Numbered from the stretch's first letter, positions 55,729 to 64,000 are shown. The stretch is 64,000 nt of DNA from an uncultured Bacteroidales bacterium (GCA_947039275.1 CAMQYL010000001.1:36889-100888), one strand, 5' to 3'. The notes: generated by a model from the letters alone, not told the origin. Made by a program: numbers and translations.

Positions 55729-58074
55729 ATGTCAGCTGTCTTTGGAAATCTCAAACGTATTCTTTCCCTTTTAATTTCTCTCATCTGGTGTGTCATTACA
55801 ACCCTTGCAGATGTCACGGGGACAGTGATTGATGATAATCAGACTCCGGTTGAATTCGTCAATGTGATATTGATGGATTCACGTGACTCTTTGTATATCA
55901 ATGGCACCACAACGGACTCGGCAGGACGTTTCTCTATCATCAATCCTGACGGACGTGGAGATATGCTCAGATTGTCGTGCATCGGTTATCAGGAAATATA
56001 CCGCAAGTTGAATAATCATGATGAAAATGCTGGAGTTATCACAATGACACCCAAGGGCCATCAGCTCGGCAGCGTGACTGTCACAGCTGACAGACCTATG
56101 TTTTACCAGGACAAAGGTTCTCTTGTCACCAATGTGCAGGGGACTGTACTGGGTGATTTATATTCGACAGATGATGTGTTGGCGCAGATACCAGGGATGG
56201 TACTAACCCCGACAGGAGCATTGGAGGTGTTCGGTCTCGGCAATCCGATAATCTACATCAACAACCGGCGCATAAGCAGCAATGCTGAATTACAGCAACT
56301 GACACCCAAGGACATCAAAAGCATACAGCTCATCACCAACCCTGGCGCGAGTTACGATGCCAGCGGACGTGCCGTGCTTAAAATAACGACTATACGCAGA
56401 GGCGATGGATTATTAATGGAAATCGGGGGAGATTTCCGCCAAAATGAGCGATCGAGTTTCGGCGGAAACGTCAATATCGGTTACAGACATAACGGCGTGA
56501 ACTTTTCAGCAAATTACGGCTACGACAGTTATGCGATGCAGGCTCGGCAGCCTTCCGGCAAGGAGTTGCATCTTGACAGCCACACGTACACATTTATACA
56601 AGATACTGACGGTGACGGCAGAGAAAAAGAACATACATGGGCGTTAAAAACCGACTATGAAATCAATGACCGACATGTAATAGGCATATCGTGGGATGCC
56701 TCCGCGTCAAAAAGAGATGATCACAGACTCTCTGAAATGGATTATCAGCTTGACAGCGAAGCTGCGCAACAGAGTCATGTAATCAACGATGACTCTAACA
56801 AAACCCATTACAATCATGTCAACGTATTCCACAATGCCCAGTGGCACAAACAATTGACATCGCGTCTCAATCTGGATTACGTATCCAATACAAACCGATA
56901 CAATCAAATCTCTGACGAGACCAATGAGGGAGTCCACCGACTCTCGCCTTTCTCAGGGAAAAGCTCACTGGATATCTACGGCGCAAAATTTGCCATGGAC
57001 TACCAGATCAGTGATGCCCTGAGCATGTCGGCTGGTGCCGACTACAGCCATGTCGGCAATGATGGAAACATGTTCAGCGATACCGCAGTCATCCCATCGT
57101 CAGATTACACAAATTCCGAAGATAGGTATGCGGCATATGCCGAACTTAATAGCACCTTAAATCAAATATCTATAGGAGCTGGCATCCGCTACGAGTATAT
57201 GAAAATGGATTACAACGACCATCTTGACAGCGAAGCCAATGTCAGACGGCGTTTCAGCAACGTCTATCCATCCCTATCACTTTCGCATAACTGTAAAGGC
57301 TGGGGCAATACCCTCTCGTTTTCGTCACGCACTCGGCGTCCGTCATTCAGTCAGCTAAGCGCCATGAGCTATTACCAGAACCGCTACATGTATCAGCACG
57401 GCAATCCGCTTCTTGTACCATCCACATCCTATATCCTCCAATGGGACTCTGGTTACAAATTTGTCAATTTCTCGCTTGGATATACATATACCAAAGATTT
57501 CATCACCAACGATATGTACACGATTGATTATGACGGTACCACACAAATCATAAGTTCATATGCCAACCGAGATAAGGTACAGTATATCAAAGCAAACGTG
57601 ACTATTCAAAAAAACATTGCATGGTGGAGACCGACCCTCTCTGCCGGAGTCAACAAACAGTTTTTCCAGACCGACTATCTTGGTGAAACAATCAACTGCA
57701 ACCGTCCCCAATACTATCTGACTTTCAACCAGTACTTCACCCTGCCTAAGTCAACGACGATTTCCGCTTACTATTACTTCAACAGCGGAGGCGATCAAGG
57801 CAGCCTCCGCTTCAAGCCGTACCAGATGCTTAACATAGGCATACAAAAATCCTTCCTCAACAAACGTCTGACCGTACGTCTGAAAGCAAACGATATTTTC
57901 CACACCATGAAATTCAAGGTCTCCGAATATCGAGGAAATATACACTTCTGGCAGACGGAAGACTATCGTATGTGGAACTATTCCGTAAGCATCACCTATC
58001 GTCTCAACAAGAAAAAGAAAATCAAATATCGAGGTGACGAATCAATCTCAGATGAAATCGAACGCATAGATTGA
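55729..58074 (+). CDS. TonB-dependent-receptor-like outer membrane protein with CarboxypepD_reg-like N-domain (OMP_b-brl_3-like)
   Basis: 781 aa. ..DVTGTVIDDNQTPVEFVNVILMDSRDSLYINGTTTDSAGRFSI.., the plug-like ..IKSIQLITNPGASYDA.., and family motif ..RRPSFSQLSAMSYYQNRYMYQHGNPLLVPS... Confidence 0.85.
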   Translation: MSAVFGNLKRILSLLISLIWCVITTLADVTGTVIDDNQTPVEFVNVILMDSRDSLYINGTTTDSAGRFSIINPDGRGDMLRLSCIGYQEIYRKLNNHDENAGVITMTPKGHQLGSVTVTADRPMFYQDKGSLVTNVQGTVLGDLYSTDDVLAQIPGMVLTPTGALEVFGLGNPIIYINNRRISSNAELQQLTPKDIKSIQLITNPGASYDASGRAVLKITTIRRGDGLLMEIGGDFRQNERSSFGGNVNIGYRHNGVNFSANYGYDSYAMQARQPSGKELHLDSHTYTFIQDTDGDGREKEHTWALKTDYEINDRHVIGISWDASASKRDDHRLSEMDYQLDSEAAQQSHVINDDSNKTHYNHVNVFHNAQWHKQLTSRLNLDYVSNTNRYNQISDETNEGVHRLSPFSGKSSLDIYGAKFAMDYQISDALSMSAGADYSHVGNDGNMFSDTAVIPSSDYTNSEDRYAAYAELNSTLNQISIGAGIRYEYMKMDYNDHLDSEANVRRRFSNVYPSLSLSHNCKGWGNTLSFSSRTRRPSFSQLSAMSYYQNRYMYQHGNPLLVPSTSYILQWDSGYKFVNFSLGYTYTKDFITNDMYTIDYDGTTQIISSYANRDKVQYIKANVTIQKNIAWWRPTLSAGVNKQFFQTDYLGETINCNRPQYYLTFNQYFTLPKSTTISAYYYFNSGGDQGSLRFKPYQMLNIGIQKSFLNKRLTVRLKANDIFHTMKFKVSEYRGNIHFWQTEDYRMWNYSVSITYRLNKKKKIKYRGDESISDEIERID

Positions 58075-58174
58075 CATATCACAATGTGCAATATAGGTGT
58101 TAAATCATTAAAAATCAGAGTTTTACCTTTAATTATTCGTTATTATAGATATAACGTCCTAATTTGCAGCCGAT

Positions 58175-58355
58175 TACAATCTATATTTCAAAAAAGCCTA
58201 AAAATTAAAAACCAACTATCTGTAACACATTGATTATATGAATGTTACATAACGTCAAAGCCAAATGATTTTTTCACCCAAACATGGCTCCAAGAATCAA
58301 AATTCAGTATCTTTGCGAATTAACTACCTGTTTTTATCAATCAACACAATCTATC
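58175..58355 (+). promoter_or_regulatory. repeated promoter/leader cassette, copy 3
   Basis: TTACAATCTATATTTCAAAAAAGCCTAAAAATTAAAAACC, AAAGCCAAATGATTTTTTC (58258-58276) and -7 box TATCTTTG (58308-58315). Confidence 0.5.
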
Positions 58356-58733
58356 ATGAGTGTATTTTTTAAGAGTATTGCTGCTATAACGTTAGGCTTG
58401 TTGGCAGTATCGTGTGGCAGCGACAATGACGAGGATGTGATGCAGCCTATGAGCCTGTCGGATGGTTCTGTCAAAATGTGCCTTCGAGGAGATACACAAT
58501 CCATCAGCATCAGTGGCGGCAGCGGCAACTTCACTGTTGCGGTCAATGGTAATTCCGTCACTGCTGCCTGTGACGGACGCATCATCAGACTCACGCCCGA
58601 AGCATTTGGCGATGCCACGCTTACGGTAACTGACGCTTCAACTGGAGCAACGGCACAGTGCACCGTCAACGTCGGTAAATCGTTTGCCGAATTCCGTCCT
58701 TCATACACCATCGACCCGTTTTTCGGCGAGTAA
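58356..58733 (+). CDS. small lipoprotein with Ig-like (Big_2-like) fold
   Basis: 125 aa from the internal ATG, with lipobox ..LGLLAVSCGSDND and ..ISISGGSGNFTVAVNGNSVTAACDGRIIRLTPEAFGDATLTVTD... It ends at TAA 58731-58733, in the same frame as the next ORF. Confidence 0.55.
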   Translation: MSVFFKSIAAITLGLLAVSCGSDNDEDVMQPMSLSDGSVKMCLRGDTQSISISGGSGNFTVAVNGNSVTAACDGRIIRLTPEAFGDATLTVTDASTGATAQCTVNVGKSFAEFRPSYTIDPFFGE

Positions 58734-58745
58734 AGCATCCTCTAC

Positions 58746-59153
58746 ATGGACTGCGACTTGCAGTCATCTCCGCGCCAGTGGGTAATTACCACCCTGAACG
58801 GGCATAAACTCCACGAAGGGACTTTCACCACGACATATATGCGAGACGAGACCGTGACCAACCAAGGCGAGGATTACAACTTCGCCCTTTTTACCCTTGA
58901 AATGAACGAGGGCAGCACTACACACCATTACATAGCAGGCGACATGATGACCATCGCAGACGGCACTCCCTGGTGGGCAATCCTATTCCCCGGCACAGGC
59001 TGGCACGCTCTGAACCAGACTGCACTTGATAAAGCCCTGACACGCTCAACAATGCCCACGACCATCATCGGCATCTCATTCTTCGGCACCGATGCTGACC
59101 TGCTCAACCCCTTGGTGTCATGGCGAGCCACAGATCCAGTTCCCCTCCCATAA
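58746..59153 (+). CDS. hypothetical protein (same frame as the upstream lipoprotein; possibly its detached C-terminal domain)
   Basis: 135 aa with no signal peptide and no recognised motif. The ATG is 12 nt after the upstream TAA, in frame. Confidence 0.4.
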   Translation: MDCDLQSSPRQWVITTLNGHKLHEGTFTTTYMRDETVTNQGEDYNFALFTLEMNEGSTTHHYIAGDMMTIADGTPWWAILFPGTGWHALNQTALDKALTRSTMPTTIIGISFFGTDADLLNPLVSWRATDPVPLP

Positions 59154-59173
59154 TCCCCATACACCCATCCCCA

Positions 59174-59219
59174 TCCTCGTAATGCAAGCAATCCAATGTC
59201 TCAGCATTACGAGGATTTT
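59174..59219 (+). terminator. second copy of the long hairpin (terminator/attenuator candidate)
   Basis: TCCTCGTAATGC-AAGCAATCCAATGTCTC-AGCATTACGAGGA followed by TTTTCC. It shares the stem and most of the loop with 55500-55543. Confidence 0.55.
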
Positions 59220-59325
59220 CCTTTCCCATTGTAATTTTATTCACAACCCTTGTTATGTTTTGACTTCCTGTAACGTATATATTTTGGAGTTTTACACGAG
59301 ATTTCATATCACCAACAAACAAATC

Positions 59326-61620
59326 ATGAATCGGACAATACTTGCAGCAGCATTTTGCCTAATAATGCTTACGGCTTTCGGGCGTGAGATTACAGGGAGT
59401 GTCGTATCACGGACTGACGGTGAGGGAGTCATCGGGGCGTATGTGTCAATGTTTGAGAGGGATTCGTTGTTACAGGTATTGCAATCAGATGCGGAGGGGT
59501 TGTTTTCATTAGATGTTACTGATTCGGCGAAGTGTTCGCTGACCGTTACAGCATTGGGATACAGGGATGTGGAGATTGATTTGCTGACGGATACAATCAG
59601 CAGCCCCCTGAAAGTCTACATGGATGAAAATGACGGCATCGCATTGGGCGAGGTGGTTGTGTCGGCTGACAAGAGCCAGATGGTCAGGCGTACTGCCAAC
59701 GGGCAGATATTCTATCTATCCAAAGATGCCAAGGAGCTTAAAAATCCGTTTCAGGCGTTACAGGAAGTGCCGCTGCTGATTGCCGACGAAGCTAATTCCA
59801 CAATCAGGATGCTTGACGGCAAAACACCCCTCATACTGATAGACGGCAACAGGGTCAACTCCGGCATAGCACCGCTAAACCCTTCGGAAATCGAATCGGT
59901 GGAGGTTGTCAATGTCGTCCCGGCACGCTACCTGCAAGAAGGCTATGACGGCATCATAAACATCAAACTGAAAAAGCATGCCGGACCCTACTTGTGGGCA
60001 GAAGCAGCGACACGTCACGAGCTACCTCTACACAACGGTTTCGGAGTAGGCTACTTCGAAGTGGGGAATCAGAAGTACAGTCTCTACGGTCGTGGAGTCT
60101 ACAATTATACCCATAACGATGACACCGACCGCGACACATGGCGCGAAGCTCCCACATACTCCCAGCAGTTCACATCGGCAGAACGCAATAACGGACACTC
60201 ATGGATCGGCGAACTGCTGTTTAAGTGGAACGTTGCCCCCAAAGACTATATCGCCATCCATGGATATATCAACCGTGACCACACTTCATCTCACACCACT
60301 GGCGCAGGAGAATATACAGCAGATGACTGTCAGCCTTACAGCTTCACTGCCGACGATCGAAACGACTGCACTGTAGTGACCTCAAGCCTCTATTACAAGC
60401 ACACCTTTGAGCCATCGTCAGACAACATCCTGGAAGTCAGAGCCGCATATAACCATAACAGCAACATCCTTGACTCGTGGCGCTCGGAACAGTATGGATC
60501 GACTGTCTCTCCTCTCGCATCATCGTTTGACAATCTGCGCAACTCAGGCAATGTGGACGTGGACTATTCAAAATCCTACGCATCGGGCATCTCCATATCG
60601 TTTGGCAACCACCTATCCCTACAGTCCGATAGGATACATCAGATAAGCTCTCCCTACCCCATCTTCCATCATCGGAAACTCAACGAGTACCTGTTTGGCT
60701 CAGTCAGTGGAAAGATTCATAACATCTATTATCTTGCCTCGCTCGGATTGGAGATGATATGGCTCAAAGCCGGAGAAACCGACAACGACTATATGCGTCC
60801 ACGCGCATCCCTTAGCGGCACATGGGCTATCACCAGCAACAATTCGCTCCAACTGGGCTATACCCTCTCTAACGAAACGCCTCAGATATCCGAACTCAAT
60901 CCATACGACACCTCCACAGATCCGTTGCTCGTAGTCAGTGGCAACCCCTATCTCAAGCCGCAGACCACTCATCGCGTGAACCTCAACTATACCTTCAATC
61001 GTGGCAATCTTTACCTGCAGCCATCGCTGTCATATCGCGTAATGTCTGACATGATAGAGCCTGGAGGATATATGGTCGGCGATGTCTACCATAGCACATA
61101 CCTCAACACCGGACATTTCTCCCAGCTGACAGCTTCAATCTATGCAAGCTACCGCTTCCGATGGGGACGCATAGGCATCGGAGGTGGATGGAGCGAGAGC
61201 TATTACACGGATGCCCCGGCTCGGGGAGCATTTCTGTCAATGATGGATTTCAATGCCCGCGCAGGCAGATTTTCATTCTACGCCAATGTCGACTACACCA
61301 ACCGTGAAATCGGCAAGACCTCTGTGGTGCGCAATCTCCGTCCCACCATGGCACAGGTGCAGGTAAACTACAACATAACCCCCGATTTCTACATAGCCCT
61401 CTGCCTACAGAACATCACAGGCGAAGTCCGCACCCGCACCGTCTTAGATGACGGAGCCTACCACAGCATCACCCGTACAAACTACCGTGACCGCAACCTG
61501 CGCCCGTGGATTCTCCTCCGCTACACCTTCCGCAAAAACGCCCACCGAAAAATCGACCTCGGCAACAACATCCTCCGCGCCGAGGAAGAAGGCATCCGCC
61601 TGACCCCCTCCCCCAAGTAA
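59326..61620 (+). CDS. TonB-dependent-receptor-like outer membrane protein with CarboxypepD_reg-like N-domain (OMP_b-brl_3-like)
   Basis: 764 aa from the internal ATG, with signal peptide MNRTILAAAFCLIMLTAFG, ..ITGSVVSRTDGEGVIGAYVSMFE...DAEGLFSL.., and family motif ..ETPQISELNPYDTSTDPLLVVSGNPYLKPQ... Confidence 0.85.
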   Translation: MNRTILAAAFCLIMLTAFGREITGSVVSRTDGEGVIGAYVSMFERDSLLQVLQSDAEGLFSLDVTDSAKCSLTVTALGYRDVEIDLLTDTISSPLKVYMDENDGIALGEVVVSADKSQMVRRTANGQIFYLSKDAKELKNPFQALQEVPLLIADEANSTIRMLDGKTPLILIDGNRVNSGIAPLNPSEIESVEVVNVVPARYLQEGYDGIINIKLKKHAGPYLWAEAATRHELPLHNGFGVGYFEVGNQKYSLYGRGVYNYTHNDDTDRDTWREAPTYSQQFTSAERNNGHSWIGELLFKWNVAPKDYIAIHGYINRDHTSSHTTGAGEYTADDCQPYSFTADDRNDCTVVTSSLYYKHTFEPSSDNILEVRAAYNHNSNILDSWRSEQYGSTVSPLASSFDNLRNSGNVDVDYSKSYASGISISFGNHLSLQSDRIHQISSPYPIFHHRKLNEYLFGSVSGKIHNIYYLASLGLEMIWLKAGETDNDYMRPRASLSGTWAITSNNSLQLGYTLSNETPQISELNPYDTSTDPLLVVSGNPYLKPQTTHRVNLNYTFNRGNLYLQPSLSYRVMSDMIEPGGYMVGDVYHSTYLNTGHFSQLTASIYASYRFRWGRIGIGGGWSESYYTDAPARGAFLSMMDFNARAGRFSFYANVDYTNREIGKTSVVRNLRPTMAQVQVNYNITPDFYIALCLQNITGEVRTRTVLDDGAYHSITRTNYRDRNLRPWILLRYTFRKNAHRKIDLGNNILRAEEEGIRLTPSPK

Positions 61621-61726
61621 AAATATATCCCTCTCACATTAAATATAGACCATATATATCTGAATGTCAGTGTATTATGTGCCATACCCCATGTATATTA
61701 CTCTTAACACATTGATTAATAGAAGA

Positions 61727-61933
61727 TTACAATCTATATTTTGAAAAAGACAAAAATTAATTTCTCAGCAGTCTATAACCATCTGATTATTACATCATTA
61801 CAAACCAGTGATGCCAAATCATTTTTTGCCATATTTTCGTTAAACGCTTAATATAACCGTAAATTTGTGCTCAAATAATCTTCCATTAAAGACCAGAAAC
61901 CACCTTCAAATTCAGGTCTGATATATCGCATAA
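61727..61933 (+). promoter_or_regulatory. repeated promoter/leader cassette, copy 4
   Basis: TTACAATCTATATTTTGAAAAAGACAAAAATTAATTTC, ATGCCAAATCATTTTTTGCC (61811-61830) and -7 box TAAATTTG (61860-61867). Confidence 0.5.
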
Positions 61934-64000
61934 ATGAAACCACTCATCATTATCGTGCTGGCTATTGCTACCACATCTTCAAGTCTGATAGCTGGAGCAA
62001 TGGAACAGCTGAAAGGGGTCGTGATTGACGACTTCAGCATGCCGATAGAACTTGCATCTGTGAGGATGCTGTCGGCTGACAGCACTTTCATTGACGGTGC
62101 GGTTACAGACTCTTGCGGACGGTTTTCTATGCGTCTGCTGCCTGATGCTCGGTATGTGTCTGTGTCCGCTTTGGGTTATGAGGATGTGTCATTGGGAATT
62201 TCTTCGCTGTCCGACACAATCAGGCTGCATACTCCCACCCTGAATTTAGGGGAAGTTACGGTCAATGGCGCTAAGAACCCGGTGACTCTTAACGGCAGTA
62301 ACATCATAGTGGATATTCAGCACACTCTGCTTGGTGACATGCCCACAACCGAAGATGTGCTTAACCATCTGCCATCAGTGTCAGGAAGCGGAGGCACATA
62401 TCAAGTATTCGGGCGTGGAGTCGCCACCATATACATCAACAACCGAAAAGTTACTGACAACGGACAACTTTCCCGCTTGCGACCATCGGACATCCGTAAA
62501 ATTGAGGTGGTGCGTAATCCAGGGGCTGAATATGACTCCGATACCCCTGCCGTGATACGCATATATCTCAAGCGTTCGGCTTTTGACGGATTAGGTGTAG
62601 ATGCAATGGTCTACGTTAGCCAAGGACGACGTTTTTCCGACTACGAACAGCTCTCTCTTACATACGGCATCGGAGCTGTGAATCTATTTTTTACCGCTGC
62701 CAATTCATCATCTCGACTAAGAAGCGACCAGACAAATCTGCAAAGCACCTACACTTCTGCCGGAATATGGGAGATGATATCCGATATGCCACGGTGGGAT
62801 TCAGAATACTATAATTTATCGCTTAACGGCGGCTTAAACATCACTGTGTCACAAGCGCATCAATTAGGTGCAAAATTCAGCTATACCTCAGACACACAAC
62901 GTAACGGCGGAGGGAAATCATCATATATGACCCTTGATGATTCCCCTTATGAGATCTTAGCATCCTCAAGCTGCAGTCCGCAAGGATACCACCAATATCT
63001 GACCAACATATATTATGAGGGCAGGCTGTCAGAGAAAACGGAACTCGTATTCAACGGAGATTACATAAACCGCCGCTCACACAATACAGATGAAATCACC
63101 GAGGAAGGCAATCTCACACCACTGCACGCAGTCGAAAACATCAACATGGCTACCTACAACTTATGGTCATCAAATCTTAAACTGAATTGGAAGCCGACTG
63201 ACCCTTTTGATTTTACCTTCGGTTGCGATGGAGATATAATCAAGCAAAACCGCACAAGCAATCAGACCGGAAACATATATACCTCTCAACTTGACTCTAA
63301 GGAGTCAAAATATGGCTTGTTTGCCCAAGGGAGATTCGACCTACAGAAATGGAGTTTTTCTTTAGGACTGAGATATGAATGGAACAGTATGCGTTACACA
63401 GACGGCATCAGTCAGGTGCAATTGCTTGACAAGGACTATTGCCGTCTCTATCCCTCCGCATCCATATCTACCAAATGCGGCAAAACCGATATGACCCTCT
63501 CCTTCACATCCAAAATCCGTCGCCCAACATTCTATCAGTTACGCAACAGCAGCGAATATTTCAACCGCTATGAGACCACTGAGGGCAACCCTATGTTGCT
63601 GCCGACATACACTTATGACTTGACATATTCCGTGGGTTACTCAGACATCACCGCCAACATCGGATACCGCTGGATCAAGGATTACATTGCCGAAGAAAAT
63701 ACCATCGATACAGCCAATCCGCTGCATATGACTTCGCGTCCATTTAACAAACCACTCTACACGGCTTTTGATATCGGCATAAATTACAATAAGACATTTG
63801 GATGCTATCACCCCTATCTGTCGGCTGAATTATCCAAGACATTTTACACCATGGAAAACCGGACGTTAAATACTCCGACCGTAGGCAAAACACCCTCAAT
63901 GCGATTCACTCTGTCTAATTATATCACCATAGGAGGCTATAAGCTCTATCTTGATATAAAGTATTCTCCTGCCGGTTCGTATTGTCAGTTTTGGGAGGAC
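61934..64000 (+). CDS. TonB-dependent-receptor-like outer membrane protein (OMP_b-brl_3-like), 3' end outside window
   Basis: Not in the ORF track because it has no stop in the window. My translation from ATG 61934 is open to base 64000: MKPLIIIVLAIATTSSSLIAGAMEQLKGVVIDDFSMPIELASVRMLSADSTFIDGAVTDSCGRFSM..., with family motif ..IRRPTFYQLRNSSEYFNRYETTEGNPMLLPT... Confidence 0.8.
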   Translation, partial: MKPLIIIVLAIATTSSSLIAGAMEQLKGVVIDDFSMPIELASVRMLSADSTFIDGAVTDSCGRFSMRLLPDARYVSVSALGYEDVSLGISSLSDTIRLHTPTLNLGEVTVNGAKNPVTLNGSNIIVDIQHTLLGDMPTTEDVLNHLPSVSGSGGTYQVFGRGVATIYINNRKVTDNGQLSRLRPSDIRKIEVVRNPGAEYDSDTPAVIRIYLKRSAFDGLGVDAMVYVSQGRRFSDYEQLSLTYGIGAVNLFFTAANSSSRLRSDQTNLQSTYTSAGIWEMISDMPRWDSEYYNLSLNGGLNITVSQAHQLGAKFSYTSDTQRNGGGKSSYMTLDDSPYEILASSSCSPQGYHQYLTNIYYEGRLSEKTELVFNGDYINRRSHNTDEITEEGNLTPLHAVENINMATYNLWSSNLKLNWKPTDPFDFTFGCDGDIIKQNRTSNQTGNIYTSQLDSKESKYGLFAQGRFDLQKWSFSLGLRYEWNSMRYTDGISQVQLLDKDYCRLYPSASISTKCGKTDMTLSFTSKIRRPTFYQLRNSSEYFNRYETTEGNPMLLPTYTYDLTYSVGYSDITANIGYRWIKDYIAEENTIDTANPLHMTSRPFNKPLYTAFDIGINYNKTFGCYHPYLSAELSKTFYTMENRTLNTPTVGKTPSMRFTLSNYITIGGYKLYLDIKYSPAGSYCQFWED

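Noticed and set aside
58731-58733. Programmed recoding (selenocysteine or readthrough) at the in-frame stop between 58356-58733 and 58746-59153
   Set aside because: The stop is TAA, not TGA, and I saw no obvious SECIS-like or slippery context. A mutation or two coupled genes is more parsimonious.
1-64000. Prophage, integrative element, transposase, toxin-antitoxin or restriction-modification content
   Set aside because: I scanned all ORFs of at least 60 aa by eye on both strands. None shows integrase, transposase, capsid, terminase, methyltransferase or typical TA motifs.

Overview
This is a Bacteroidales-type chromosomal segment. The supporting signs are TAnnTTTG-type -7 promoter boxes, a 286-aa primary sigma factor, many lipoprotein or OMP_b-brl_3-like genes, and no Shine-Dalgarno dependence. 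Bases 1-20 kb are housekeeping genes, mostly on the minus strand: tatC (3' end), an outer-membrane barrel, sanA-like, cinA, tsaD, a tricorn-like S41 protease, trxA, yccF, mutS, a four-gene 2-oxoacid:ferredoxin oxidoreductase operon, rpoD and an ABC-2 transporter. A tRNA with a CAT anticodon at 20103-20176 marks a switch to accessory-looking, mostly plus-strand content. (1) After ferritin comes a translationally coupled operon at 21463-33066. It encodes a Cache-HAMP-PP2C(SpoIIE)-HATPase sensor, a STAS antagonist, a 2425-aa bimodular NRPS (C-A-T-C-A-T-R) and a MATE exporter fused to a second RsbW-like HATPase domain. An Sfp-type PPTase follows, with a convergent GntR/ABC module. (2) From about 36.9 kb to the window end lie two tandem paralogous cassettes. 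Each has a lipoprotein-TPR/TM/HTH regulator, a DUF3244-like small secreted protein, a Cys-rich peptide with a double-glycine leader and a radical SAM/SPASM enzyme. Around them are six TonB-receptor-like barrel genes, one C39-peptidase ABC exporter and a truncated HlyD adaptor, and several genes carry copies of the same promoter cassette. This rSAM peptide system is the most likely undescribed biology here, followed by the NRPS coupled to partner-switching components. The intergenic DNA is full of GTAG-plus-palindrome REP/REPIN-like doublets and 240-400 bp nested inverted repeats. I found no rRNA, CRISPR array, transposase, integrase or phage genes. All protein family calls come from motif recognition by eye, and no database search was run.
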